DNA of 64,000 nucleotides from a virus (lineage: Duplodnaviria > Caudoviricetes): IMG/VR virus record IMGVR_UViG_3300043120_000090, positions 1 to 64,000 of that record; one strand, written 5' to 3'. Under the pieces are notes generated by a model. The model was not told the origin of the DNA. It did not search any database and was given only the letters and a program-made list of their open reading frames with translations. Every line of letters starts with the position of its first letter. Position 1 is the first letter of the stretch. Positions 45,901 through 55,065 of this stretch are shown here, one piece after another. A program made the position numbers and the translations under genes.

Positions 45901-47986
45901 ACTAAAAACTTTAATAATAAATAATTGTTTACCATTTGGTAAGGATGTAGAAATATACTTAGATAGATCTACGGTTACTCAATTAGTAGGTAAAAATGGA
46001 ACAGGTAAAAGTTCTATACCTATTTTATTAGAAGAAATTCTATATAATAAAAACTCTAAAGGTGTATTAAAAGGAGACCTATTAAATAGGTTTTCTGGTT
46101 CAGATACTTATTCCTTGACTTTACTATTTAATGTTGATAATGATAAGTATAAACTACAGAAGACAGTAAAAAATACAGCTAAAGTTTATTTAGAGAAGAA
46201 TGGTAAAGATATAAGTGCCCATACAGCTACACAAACTTATAAAATTATAGAAGATATACTAGGAATGGATATGACTGCCTTTTCTAAGTTAGTTTACCAA
46301 TCTATTCTTTCATCTATGAACTTCCTGGTAGATACTGACTCAAATAAGAAAAAATTTTTAGTTAATTTACTAAATCTTTCTAAATATTTAAATATAGAAG
46401 AAGAAATAAAAAAATCTAAAAAAGAATTAGAAACATCAATAAGTAGTCTAGAAGCTTCAATATCACAGTGTACTAAAAGTATTAGTAAAATACAAATACC
46501 TAGCATTCAGGCAAAGATAGAAGTTCCAGATAAATTAGACTTTTCTGAGGAGTTATTAAACCTCTCTAAAGATAAAACTAATTTAACAGCTAAATTAAAG
46601 CTATTAGAAAACAATTTAATAAATTGGAAAGATAACTATAATAAATTGATTGCTGACTATAATAATAATAAATTATTATACAATACCAAAGTTAATACTA
46701 TTTCTAAATTCAAGGATAAATTTTTAAATAGTACAATATTGCTAGCTAACATAAAAAAATTAGAAGAGCAACTAAAGGAAACCCAGCGCCCAGACATCGA
46801 AAAGTTAAAAGTCTTAAAAGATTACATATCTACTAATAGCTTAGAACAAGTTAAAAAAGAGACTAGATTAGACTTATTAAGAAAAGCTTTTAAAGAACTA
46901 AAAGATGAAGTGAGTATAACTAATTGTCCTAGATGTGGGTCACCTATGGATGTGGCTGCTAAAGCTAAAGAGTTATATAGAATTAAGGATGAGTATGATT
47001 TATTACTAAATGAGTATAACAGTATTAAACAAAGTATAGAAGAAGTAACAAATAATATTAGTATACTACAACAAGAGTTAAATGGGTATAATACTCTAGA
47101 AGCTAAATTAAAGAAAACTATATTAGAGCATGAGAAACTATCAGAGGAACTTTCGGTTCTAAAATTAGAAATGAATAATTTAGGAATACCAGAATTATAT
47201 AGTGCAAATCCGACAGGTAATTTTAATATTGAAGAACCTAAGAAACCAGAAATAGAATCAGAAACAGACATTAAAGATTTAATAGATAATATTAAGCTAG
47301 ATATTTCAATTATTAGTAATAAAGAATTAAAGATTAGAAAAGAAATACAAGATAGAGACTCTCTAATAGAATCCATAATTAAAGAGAATATATCTATTGA
47401 AGTAAATAATTCTTTAAGAGATTCTTTATTAAAACAAAAACAAGAATTAAATTCTGAGCTAGAAGATTACAAAAAGGATTTAGAGATTCTTAATAATAAA
47501 TTAAATAATAAAAATATATTGTTAAAGATATTTAATAATAAAGGATTAATAGCTTATAAATTAGAAAGTTCTGTTAAAATATTTGAAGATAAAGTAAATT
47601 ATTATCTATCTGAATTATCAGAAGGAGTATTTGCATTAGGATTTGAGCTAGAAGATAATAACCTTAAAGCAAATATATACTCTAGTGGTAAATCAGTAAA
47701 TATAAAAACACTAAGTTCAGGAGAATTAGTAAAAGTAAATATATCTACGTTACTTGCAATTAGAGATTTAATATCAGTAGTTTCTAAAAGTAGTATAAAT
47801 GTACTATTTTTAGATGAAATAATTTCCTTTGTAGATGTTGAAGGTATTGAAGATTTAATTAATACACTTCTGAAACTAAAAGAATTAAATATTTTTATGG
47901 TTAGTCATAATTATGTACATCCTTTAGTAGAAGTAGTAAAAGTAATAAAAGAAAATAATATATCAAGGGTTGAATATAATGGTTGA
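45893..47986 (+). CDS. D13: SbcC/Rad50-like ATPase (T5 D13)
   Basis: GKNGTGKS, coiled coil with CPRC zinc hook, LSSGE, LFLDE motifs. Confidence 0.92.
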   Translation: MIKLKTLIINNCLPFGKDVEIYLDRSTVTQLVGKNGTGKSSIPILLEEILYNKNSKGVLKGDLLNRFSGSDTYSLTLLFNVDNDKYKLQKTVKNTAKVYLEKNGKDISAHTATQTYKIIEDILGMDMTAFSKLVYQSILSSMNFLVDTDSNKKKFLVNLLNLSKYLNIEEEIKKSKKELETSISSLEASISQCTKSISKIQIPSIQAKIEVPDKLDFSEELLNLSKDKTNLTAKLKLLENNLINWKDNYNKLIADYNNNKLLYNTKVNTISKFKDKFLNSTILLANIKKLEEQLKETQRPDIEKLKVLKDYISTNSLEQVKKETRLDLLRKAFKELKDEVSITNCPRCGSPMDVAAKAKELYRIKDEYDLLLNEYNSIKQSIEEVTNNISILQQELNGYNTLEAKLKKTILEHEKLSEELSVLKLEMNNLGIPELYSANPTGNFNIEEPKKPEIESETDIKDLIDNIKLDISIISNKELKIRKEIQDRDSLIESIIKENISIEVNNSLRDSLLKQKQELNSELEDYKKDLEILNNKLNNKNILLKIFNNKGLIAYKLESSVKIFEDKVNYYLSELSEGVFALGFELEDNNLKANIYSSGKSVNIKTLSSGELVKVNISTLLAIRDLISVVSKSSINVLFLDEIISFVDVEGIEDLINTLLKLKELNIFMVSHNYVHPLVEVVKVIKENNISRVEYNG

Positions 47987-48449
47987 TTCTAGGACTAAGG
48001 GACAGAGAGCTGAATATGCAGTTAGAGATTTATTAAGAGATAAGACTAAACTAGGTTGGGAGAGAGTTCCAGGTTCTGGGGGTTTTACAGTTAATCATGG
48101 ATTAAAGGGAGATATTTATCTCCCACAAACTACTGGTAAAATATCAGCTTTCGCTATTGAAGTAAAACATTATGCAGATGATGTTATAAATAGTAATCTA
48201 TTTAATTCAACAGAATCACAGTTAGAAAAGTTTTGGAATCAAACGGTGCGTGAGGCTAAAGAGATAAGTGCAAAACCGATGCTAATTTTTAAGAAAGATA
48301 GAGGAAAATGGCTTTGTGCTTTAAGTGAAAATGAATTAGAAAATATAAGTGCAAAACCGACCCTTATTTTTACTAAGGGTTCTTCTAGAATTATTATATA
48401 TCTTTTTGAAGAAGTATTAGCACAAGGTACGGAGTATTTTATAAAATGA
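47970..48449 (+). CDS. D14: Holliday-junction-resolvase-like nuclease (T5 D14)
   Basis: KG..AE, RVPGSG, KGD and IEVK motifs. Confidence 0.85.
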   Translation: MNIMVDSRTKGQRAEYAVRDLLRDKTKLGWERVPGSGGFTVNHGLKGDIYLPQTTGKISAFAIEVKHYADDVINSNLFNSTESQLEKFWNQTVREAKEISAKPMLIFKKDRGKWLCALSENELENISAKPTLIFTKGSSRIIIYLFEEVLAQGTEYFIK

Positions 48450-49318
48450 TAGGTTGGGACGAAGTAACAAATAGATATGGTGATGGTAATAATCTATTAT
48501 TAGTAGATGGTATAAATTTTGCTATGAGATTTAGTACTAGGTCTACTATTATATATGCACCAGAGTTTTTAGCAAATATTAGATCTATTGCTAAATCTTA
48601 TGGGTGTAGAAAAATAATAATATTATCGGATAACAAAGGAAGCTCATATAGAAAAGATATTTACCCAGAGTATAAGGCTAATAGACAGGAAAGAAGGGAT
48701 GAACAAACCCAGGAAGAAAGAGACGCATTTGAAATATTCTTCAAAGAATATTTAAGGTCTCTAGAATTAGCACAAGAATCTGGTATTACGGTAGTATCAT
48801 TAAAAGGAGTAGAAGCTGATGATTTAGCAACATACTTCTGTAATAATACACAAGATTTATTTACTAATATATGGTTATGTAGTACGGATGGTGACTGGGA
48901 TCAATTATTACAGTCTAATATTAAGAGATTTTCTTATAAAACTAGAAAAGAATATACATTAGATAACTTTTATGATAATCATGGATGTGATACACCAGAA
49001 CAATTTACTCATATAAAAGCTATACAAGGTGACATGGGGGATAATGTTAGAGGTGTTGATGGTATTGGCCCAAAACGTGCATATAATTTAATTAGAGAAT
49101 ATGGTTCAGTTCATGAAATTTATGCAGCTCTTCCTTTAGAAGGTAATCAGTTATTTATTAAAAATTTAAATAAATTTGGTGATAAATTACTATTAAATTT
49201 ACAATTAGTAGACTTACCCTCTTACTATGGAACAGCTATAGATCATGCTGCTAAATTATATAATGAAGATTATTTCGATTATTTAAATAAAGTAGTAGGA
49301 GAATTACATAATGCTTAA
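48446..49318 (+). CDS. D15: 5'-3' exonuclease / flap endonuclease (T5 D15)
   Basis: VDGIN, YKANR, GVEADD, STDGDWDQL and GDMGDNVRGVDGIGPK motifs. Confidence 0.94.
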   Translation: MIGWDEVTNRYGDGNNLLLVDGINFAMRFSTRSTIIYAPEFLANIRSIAKSYGCRKIIILSDNKGSSYRKDIYPEYKANRQERRDEQTQEERDAFEIFFKEYLRSLELAQESGITVVSLKGVEADDLATYFCNNTQDLFTNIWLCSTDGDWDQLLQSNIKRFSYKTRKEYTLDNFYDNHGCDTPEQFTHIKAIQGDMGDNVRGVDGIGPKRAYNLIREYGSVHEIYAALPLEGNQLFIKNLNKFGDKLLLNLQLVDLPSYYGTAIDHAAKLYNEDYFDYLNKVVGELHNA

Positions 49319-49778
49319 TAAAGTAAAAATTTACTGTAGAGATAGTGAGTGTTTACCTTATATAGGTAGTGATAGTGCAGCAGGTATGGATTTAAAATCT
49401 ATGAAAGATTTTTCATTAGCACCAGAAGCAGAAATTACTATATATACGGGAGTAACTGTGGAACTACCTCCATTTACTGTAGGACTAGTAGGCCCTAGGT
49501 CTAGTCTAGGTAGTATGGAAGGAGTATATGTAACTCTAAAAAATACTATAGGATTTATAGACTCAGACTACAGAGGGGAAATACAGGTAAAATTAATTAA
49601 TAAAGGTAAGAAAACTATTACGGTATTTAAAGGGGATAGAATATGCCAATTAATAGTTGTGCCACATTTATCACCCAAATTTGACCTTGTAGACTCTTTG
49701 GAAGATTTATCCCCTACACGACGCGGTAGCGGCGGATGGGGGAGTAGTGGGAATGATATTAAAATAGAAAAAAGCTAG
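49311..49778 (+). CDS. dut: trimeric dUTPase
   Basis: AAGMDL, PRSS, GFIDSDYRGE, RICQL and RGSGGWGSSG motifs. Confidence 0.95.
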   Translation: MLNKVKIYCRDSECLPYIGSDSAAGMDLKSMKDFSLAPEAEITIYTGVTVELPPFTVGLVGPRSSLGSMEGVYVTLKNTIGFIDSDYRGEIQVKLINKGKKTITVFKGDRICQLIVVPHLSPKFDLVDSLEDLSPTRRGSGGWGSSGNDIKIEKS

Positions 49779-49802
49779 TAGATTTCTCTACTAGCTTTTT
49801 TT
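49768..49802. terminator. bidirectional terminator between the replication and tail modules
   Basis: aaaaagctagtag/ctactagcttttt hairpin. Confidence 0.8.
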
Positions 49803-49907
49803 ATTATTTATATAATATTTTAAGTGTTACTATATCTAAATCTATAAACAATTTAGCAATAGGTGATTTACCATTACTACCAATACTTTTAGACTTATCT
49901 AACTTCA

Positions 49908-50252
49908 TTATTCCAACCTATTATCAATATTGAGACTATTTAAAAATTTATCAATATCGCCATTTGAGTTTGCTCTCGCCTCCACTTCAAAAGCATTATT
50001 ATGGTATCCATTCTTAAAGAACTCCATAACATACTTAATCATGAACATGAACTTACCTAGTTTCTGCATTTGCATAATGTGTGTGCATTCATGCGCAAGT
50101 AGTTTCTTGTCATCGTAGTAGCCGGGCCTAATATATACAGTGTCCCATAAAGAGGTCCACCCAATTACTGTGTTTGTTCGTTGAATCCAACCAAGAAAAT
50201 TTACCATCTTCTCTACAAATCCAACCATCGGTTTAACAATAATTTTACTCAT
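49908..50252 (-). CDS. small HExxH-motif protein (DUF4157-like)
   Basis: LLAHECTHIMQ...NAFEVEA pattern. Confidence 0.7.
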   Translation of the reverse strand: MSKIIVKPMVGFVEKMVNFLGWIQRTNTVIGWTSLWDTVYIRPGYYDDKKLLAHECTHIMQMQKLGKFMFMIKYVMEFFKNGYHNNAFEVEARANSNGDIDKFLNSLNIDNRLE

Positions 50253-50388
50253 TACACGTACCTATATTTCTTAATAAGAATCCAACTATTAATATTTGGA
50301 GAAAGTGCTGTAATTAATTCTTGTAAACGTTTTGTCATTTAAATCTCCTAAAAGAAATAACATCCCTGTTAGTTAATCTCCTAAAGTA

Positions 50389-50931
50389 TTAGAAGAAAAA
50401 TTCTTCATTATACATGTAAGCTGTTACGTAAGTAGTTCCACCATCATTTGAAAAATCAACTGCAATTTTATCAGAACCAGTAACTGTTTCCCCTGAACTA
50501 TAAGTAAATTGTATTGTAAAAGCTTTTGTTGCATCTTGCCCACAAGTAACAGTAGTCCATGAAGTAGCAGTAACGCCTGTTGATAAGACAACTTCTCTTG
50601 TTCCTGTACTATCAATTATGTTCCATTTGTTTATATAAGGTGAAGGTGTTGGATTTACGGCTCTAAAACGTATACTAAGTGTTTGACCGGAAGTAGTAGC
50701 ATACGCCCATGTATAACTGTTTAAGCCTATTTGTAAACTTCCATTTAAATTAAAAATATCTTCTACTTTTGGTGTTGGAGGGTAATTACCAGTGTTTCCA
50801 AGATTATCTGTACTAAAATTAAATAAAATACCTCTTACCCACACAGTTACACCATTTAATTGAAGCTCTTGTACTTGTGCACCGTTCAACAGTACATTCG
50901 AAACATCTACTCCGTTTATTTGTAAACCCAT
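50389..50931 (-). CDS. putative tail-fibre-associated protein (180 aa)
   Basis: Directly downstream of the fibre; N-terminal INGVDV...LNG...LNGVTVW; beta-rich. Confidence 0.7.
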   Translation of the reverse strand: MGLQINGVDVSNVLLNGAQVQELQLNGVTVWVRGILFNFSTDNLGNTGNYPPTPKVEDIFNLNGSLQIGLNSYTWAYATTSGQTLSIRFRAVNPTPSPYINKWNIIDSTGTREVVLSTGVTATSWTTVTCGQDATKAFTIQFTYSSGETVTGSDKIAVDFSNDGGTTYVTAYMYNEEFFF

Positions 50932-50949
50932 TGTATTAACTCCTCCGAA

Positions 50950-53478
50950 TTAAGTTGTAATCAAATTCAAAACACCACCTGAGAATGTGTATTTAAAACC
51001 ACCACGAACAGTATCAGTAGGTGCTGCCAATGTTAATGCAACGGCAACGTTTGCGGAACCGTCAACCGAAGCGGAACCAGTAGCTCCACCTGTAAAGGAT
51101 AATGTTCGGGCTGTGCCCCAGTTCGCTGTTGTAATGTTTGCAGAACCATTAAAAGAAGTTCCATTAATAGTACGGGCGGTTTGCAGAGTAGTTGCAGTAG
51201 CAGCATTCCCAGTTGTGGAAGAACTAGAACCTGTAACACTGATAGGCCAAGTACCACTTGTTCCTGTACCAGTAAGAGGTGCATAAGCATGAGTATGGCT
51301 CGTTGGAGCAGCACCCACATCTGCAGCAGTAGGCTTGTTACCAGTGTGGTAGATAGTCATCCAGCCAGAGTTTGCTCCATTAGACACTCTTCTAAATGCA
51401 AGAATATCTGAGTTGAAGCAAGCTGCGATATCCACATAGTAACCACCTGCGTTAGAATGGTTTAGCGTAATATGGTGATACCAATCATTCGTAGGGTTCA
51501 GCAACTGCGAACCATTAGCACCTGTTCCACCAGTTCCAGAGAAGTTAGACACCTGCAAACCTTGTCTTCCGTAGGCAACTGTAGAGTCATTCCCCCATAA
51601 ATTAGCGGAATTTAAAGGTAAATAATCATGAGTATGAGAAGCAGCAGCATAAGAACCAGCAGGTTGAGCACCTATTTCAGCCAAACTCCAAGCAACGTTA
51701 GCAGAACCATCTACAGACTTTCCAGTATTACCTATTGTTAAGGTTCTCGCCGATACCCATCTAGAAGAAGAAGCAGCATTACCAGTAATAGCAATAGTCC
51801 AAGTTCCTGTTGCACCTGTTCCTGTAGTTGATGGAACACCTATTTCAGCTAACGTCCACGTATAATTTCCAGATCCATTAATTGATTTACCGGTACTTCC
51901 GATTGTAATTGTACGAGACGTTCCCCACGTGGATGTTGTAATATTAGAAGTACCATCAAAAGAAGTCCCATTAATAGTTCTAGCATTTAATAATTTTGTA
52001 GCAGAAACTGCATTTTGAGCTGCACCTAATGCACCAACATCAGTATAATCTATTACTACTACACCTTGATACCCATTAACAGATGTTACAGACTCTGTAT
52101 TATCAATTTTGTAATATGAATCAAGGTTAGCAGAATAACATATACTATCACCCACACCATAATCTACAGAATTAATTACTCCTGCTACAGTAACTTTCCA
52201 AAAAGCTGATCTATTATTGGTACCATCATTAGGGGGTGTAGGGTACACACCCAAAGAAGCATCATAACTACCCATCTCAACCATAGCACCTTGTAGAGAG
52301 GTAGCAGCCAATTCTGCTGCATTTTTATATTCTAGGGCAGCAAGTTCACTAATAGCAGCATTAGTTTCACTAGTTGCAGCAGCATTTTTACTAGCTAAAG
52401 CTGAACTAGCTGAACTAGCAGCATTAGTTTCACTAGTTGCAGCAGCATTTTTACTAGCTAAAGCAGCACTAGCTGAATTAGCAGCATTAGTTTCACTAGT
52501 TGCAGCAGCATTTTTACTAGCTAAAGCTGAACTAGCTGAACTAGCAGCACTAGTTTCACTAGTTGCAGCAGCTTGCTCAGATGCTAAAGCTGCACTAGCT
52601 GAACTAGCAGCATTAGTTTCACTAGTTGAAGCATTTTGCTCCGAAGTTAGAGCAGCACTAGCTGAACTAGCAGCATTAGTTTCACTAGTTGCAGCAGCAT
52701 TTTTACTAGTTAGAGCAGCACTAGCTGAACTAGCAGCATTAGTTTCACTAGTTGAAGCAGCATTTTTACTAGTTAGAGCAGCACTAGCTGAACTAGCAGC
52801 ATTAGTTTCACTATTTTCAGCAGCTTGCTCAGATGCTAAAGCTGCACTAGCTGAACTAGCAGCATTAGTTTCACTAGTTGCAGCAGCTTGCTCAGATGCT
52901 AAAGCTGCACTAGCTGAATTAGCAGCATTAGTTTCGCTAGTTGAAGCAGCTTGCTCAGATGCTAAAGCTGCACTAGCTGAACTAGCAGCATTAGTTTCAC
53001 TAGTTGCAGCAGCATTTTTACTAGCTAAAGCTGAACTAGCTGAACTAGCAGCACTAGTTTCACTAGTTGCAGCAGCATTTTTACTAGTTAGAGCAGCACT
53101 AGCTGAATTAGCAGCATTAGTTTCACTAGTTGAGGCATTTTGCTCAGAGGTTAGAGCAGCACTAGCTGAATTAGCAGCATTAGTTTCACTAGTTGCAGCA
53201 GCATTTTTACTAGTTAGAGCAGCACTAGCTGAATTAGCAGCATTAGTTTCACTAGTTGCAGCAGCATTTTTACTAGTTAGAGCAGCACTAGCTGAATTAG
53301 CAGCATTAGTTTCACTAGTTGAAGCAGCATTAGCTGAATTTTCAACTTCTAATTTTATAGCATTTAGAGTAGATAAACTGACACTAGAGGGGCCACCGCT
53401 AGTTATTTTTAGAACAGTACCAAGAGATATCTCATCTAAAGTTACAGAGTTTATTTTATAAATTTTTACACCAATCAT
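50950..53478 (-). CDS. side (L-shaped-type) tail fibre
   Basis: Ala/Ser heptad repeat stalk, repeated ARTING.SF.G..NIT and beta-rich C-terminus; T5 ltf position. Confidence 0.88.
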   Translation of the reverse strand: MIGVKIYKINSVTLDEISLGTVLKITSGGPSSVSLSTLNAIKLEVENSANAASTSETNAANSASAALTSKNAAATSETNAANSASAALTSKNAAATSETNAANSASAALTSEQNASTSETNAANSASAALTSKNAAATSETSAASSASSALASKNAAATSETNAASSASAALASEQAASTSETNAANSASAALASEQAAATSETNAASSASAALASEQAAENSETNAASSASAALTSKNAASTSETNAASSASAALTSKNAAATSETNAASSASAALTSEQNASTSETNAASSASAALASEQAAATSETSAASSASSALASKNAAATSETNAANSASAALASKNAAATSETNAASSASSALASKNAAATSETNAAISELAALEYKNAAELAATSLQGAMVEMGSYDASLGVYPTPPNDGTNNRSAFWKVTVAGVINSVDYGVGDSICYSANLDSYYKIDNTESVTSVNGYQGVVVIDYTDVGALGAAQNAVSATKLLNARTINGTSFDGTSNITTSTWGTSRTITIGSTGKSINGSGNYTWTLAEIGVPSTTGTGATGTWTIAITGNAASSSRWVSARTLTIGNTGKSVDGSANVAWSLAEIGAQPAGSYAAASHTHDYLPLNSANLWGNDSTVAYGRQGLQVSNFSGTGGTGANGSQLLNPTNDWYHHITLNHSNAGGYYVDIAACFNSDILAFRRVSNGANSGWMTIYHTGNKPTAADVGAAPTSHTHAYAPLTGTGTSGTWPISVTGSSSSTTGNAATATTLQTARTINGTSFNGSANITTANWGTARTLSFTGGATGSASVDGSANVAVALTLAAPTDTVRGGFKYTFSGGVLNLITT
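52309..53316 (-). repeat. 16 tandem 63-bp (21-aa) coding repeats
   Basis: SETNAA(N/S)SASAAL(T/A)S(K/E)(N/Q)AA(A/S)T units counted in the translation. Confidence 0.92.
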
Positions 53479-53487
53479 TGTCTCACC

Positions 53488-53949
53488 TTATGTTCTAGTA
53501 GCAGTTCTATTAATAAAAATTTTACCAGATAAAACTTTAGATACTATTCCTGCTGAATTCTCTAATACTACATCATAGTAGCCTGCTAAAGTTACTTGTG
53601 TATCTGCCAAATTAAGCCCAGTTAATCTAGATTTAGGTATAGATAAAAATATTCTGTTACTAGTAGATGCATCTTCTAATTGACAATCAAAGCTAAATAA
53701 TACTATAGATGTATCAGAGAAATTATTACGAACATCAGCACTAACATTAGTAACTTCAGATAAATCTAGTGGAGTTTCAATGGTATCTATACCATTAGAG
53801 TCCAATGTAATATCTACTAAATCTAGAGCTATATCAAAATCTGTATTTTCATCTACATATAAGTCAAATGTAGGGTTATTTTTCATTTTTATGTTTTCCT
53901 TAAGAATAATTTGGTAAATTATCGAACTGGTCATATGTAGCACAATCAA
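53488..53949 (-). CDS. fibre collar / attachment protein (T5 p132-like)
   Basis: About 140 aa, YYDV..E....SKVLSGKI pattern; position before the fibre. Confidence 0.7.
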   Translation of the reverse strand: MIVLHMTSSIIYQIILKENIKMKNNPTFDLYVDENTDFDIALDLVDITLDSNGIDTIETPLDLSEVTNVSADVRNNFSDTSIVLFSFDCQLEDASTSNRIFLSIPKSRLTGLNLADTQVTLAGYYDVVLENSAGIVSKVLSGKIFINRTATRT

Positions 53950-54682
53950 TTGCTAAAATATATTCTTGTAATAAAGGTACTCCCATATTTTTAACTATAC
54001 TAGGAAAATCTTCCCCAGTTAAAAATACTGCACTTTTAACAGTTGTATTACTACCATTGTATAAACAGCCTTGTTGGCCTCTATAGTATCTAGGCTCATA
54101 TACCCCAGATTCTATGCTTTCAGGTATATACCACATATTAGTAGTAGCAGCTATTGTAGCTACTTTACCTGTAATAGTTACATCCCATTGTGGGTCCACA
54201 TATGCTTTTGGTGATACATTATTCCAATAAATTAAAGAACCTAAAGTATTTCTTGTCTGTAGCATAGCTCTACTACTATTAAAAGTCTTTATACCATCTG
54301 GTCTTTGTATAATTACACCATAATTCATATTTGGTATATAGTTAGCTTCAACAAAGACATAAAAATCTACAACAAAACCATTGGTATTAGGGCCTGATTG
54401 TCTCTCTCCAGATACTATATAATCATCTCTATTACCTAGCAATACTCCGTAATATTTACCAGAAGAAGTAATTACATGTGTATTCACAGGATAGGTTCCA
54501 GATATAGTAACTGCAAAACATAATATACTTACTGACGTCGGTAAATTAAATAGAGGGAACGTTTGATTATTAGTAGAATCTTTAGTAATTCTATACTTAC
54601 CCCAGTAATGAAATGCTCTTTCATTATTATTTATTACTAAGTTACCGTCTTTATTATGGAATAGTAAGCCATGAACTGCCAT
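53900..54682 (-). CDS. putative tail-tip accessory protein (260 aa)
   Basis: Two repeats of (H/Y)G..I....G...(I/F)N; follows the central fibre. Confidence 0.65.
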   Translation of the reverse strand: MAVHGLLFHNKDGNLVINNNERAFHYWGKYRITKDSTNNQTFPLFNLPTSVSILCFAVTISGTYPVNTHVITSSGKYYGVLLGNRDDYIVSGERQSGPNTNGFVVDFYVFVEANYIPNMNYGVIIQRPDGIKTFNSSRAMLQTRNTLGSLIYWNNVSPKAYVDPQWDVTITGKVATIAATTNMWYIPESIESGVYEPRYYRGQQGCLYNGSNTTVKSAVFLTGEDFPSIVKNMGVPLLQEYILAIDCATYDQFDNLPNYS

Positions 54683-55056
54683 TAGGTTCTACCCCCAAAG
54701 AATGAGAAAGATATTGGGCCGTAATATGTACCTCCTTGTACAGAGCCTATAATACATGATACATGAAAAGTTTTATTAGTATAATTTAAATTGTTACTTA
54801 TACTGAAAAAATATCCAATAGCATTACTAGACCCACCTAAATTTACGGTCATATCTTTATTTACAGTATCTACTTTAACTATCCTAAATATGTTAATATC
54901 TGTATCAAACCATGAGGGTAAATCTATATCAAAGTTACCAGTAATAGGATTAGTAAACTCTACAGTCATTATGTGATTTAAACCTACATAGTTATAAGTA
55001 GTGGGAATAGCTATCCCACTACTCGTAGTATTATATATAGTCATTCCAAAAGACAT
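54682..55056 (-). CDS. putative tail-tip accessory protein (124 aa)
   Basis: MSFGMTIYN N-terminus typical of small genes following gpJ-like tips. Confidence 0.65.
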   Translation of the reverse strand: MSFGMTIYNTTSSGIAIPTTYNYVGLNHIMTVEFTNPITGNFDIDLPSWFDTDINIFRIVKVDTVNKDMTVNLGGSSNAIGYFFSISNNLNYTNKTFHVSCIIGSVQGGTYYGPISFSFFGGRT

Positions 55057-55065
55057 TATTTCTCC

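Noticed and set aside
361-50615. Antisense or shadow ORFs in the track (e.g. 361-546, 3632-3970, 4586-4798, 6393-6677, 9035-9259, 17624-17983, 24536-24841, 31774-32001, 46822-47376, 50424-50615)
   Set aside because: They lie opposite well-supported genes or tRNAs, lack SDs and motifs, and read as reverse-strand composition
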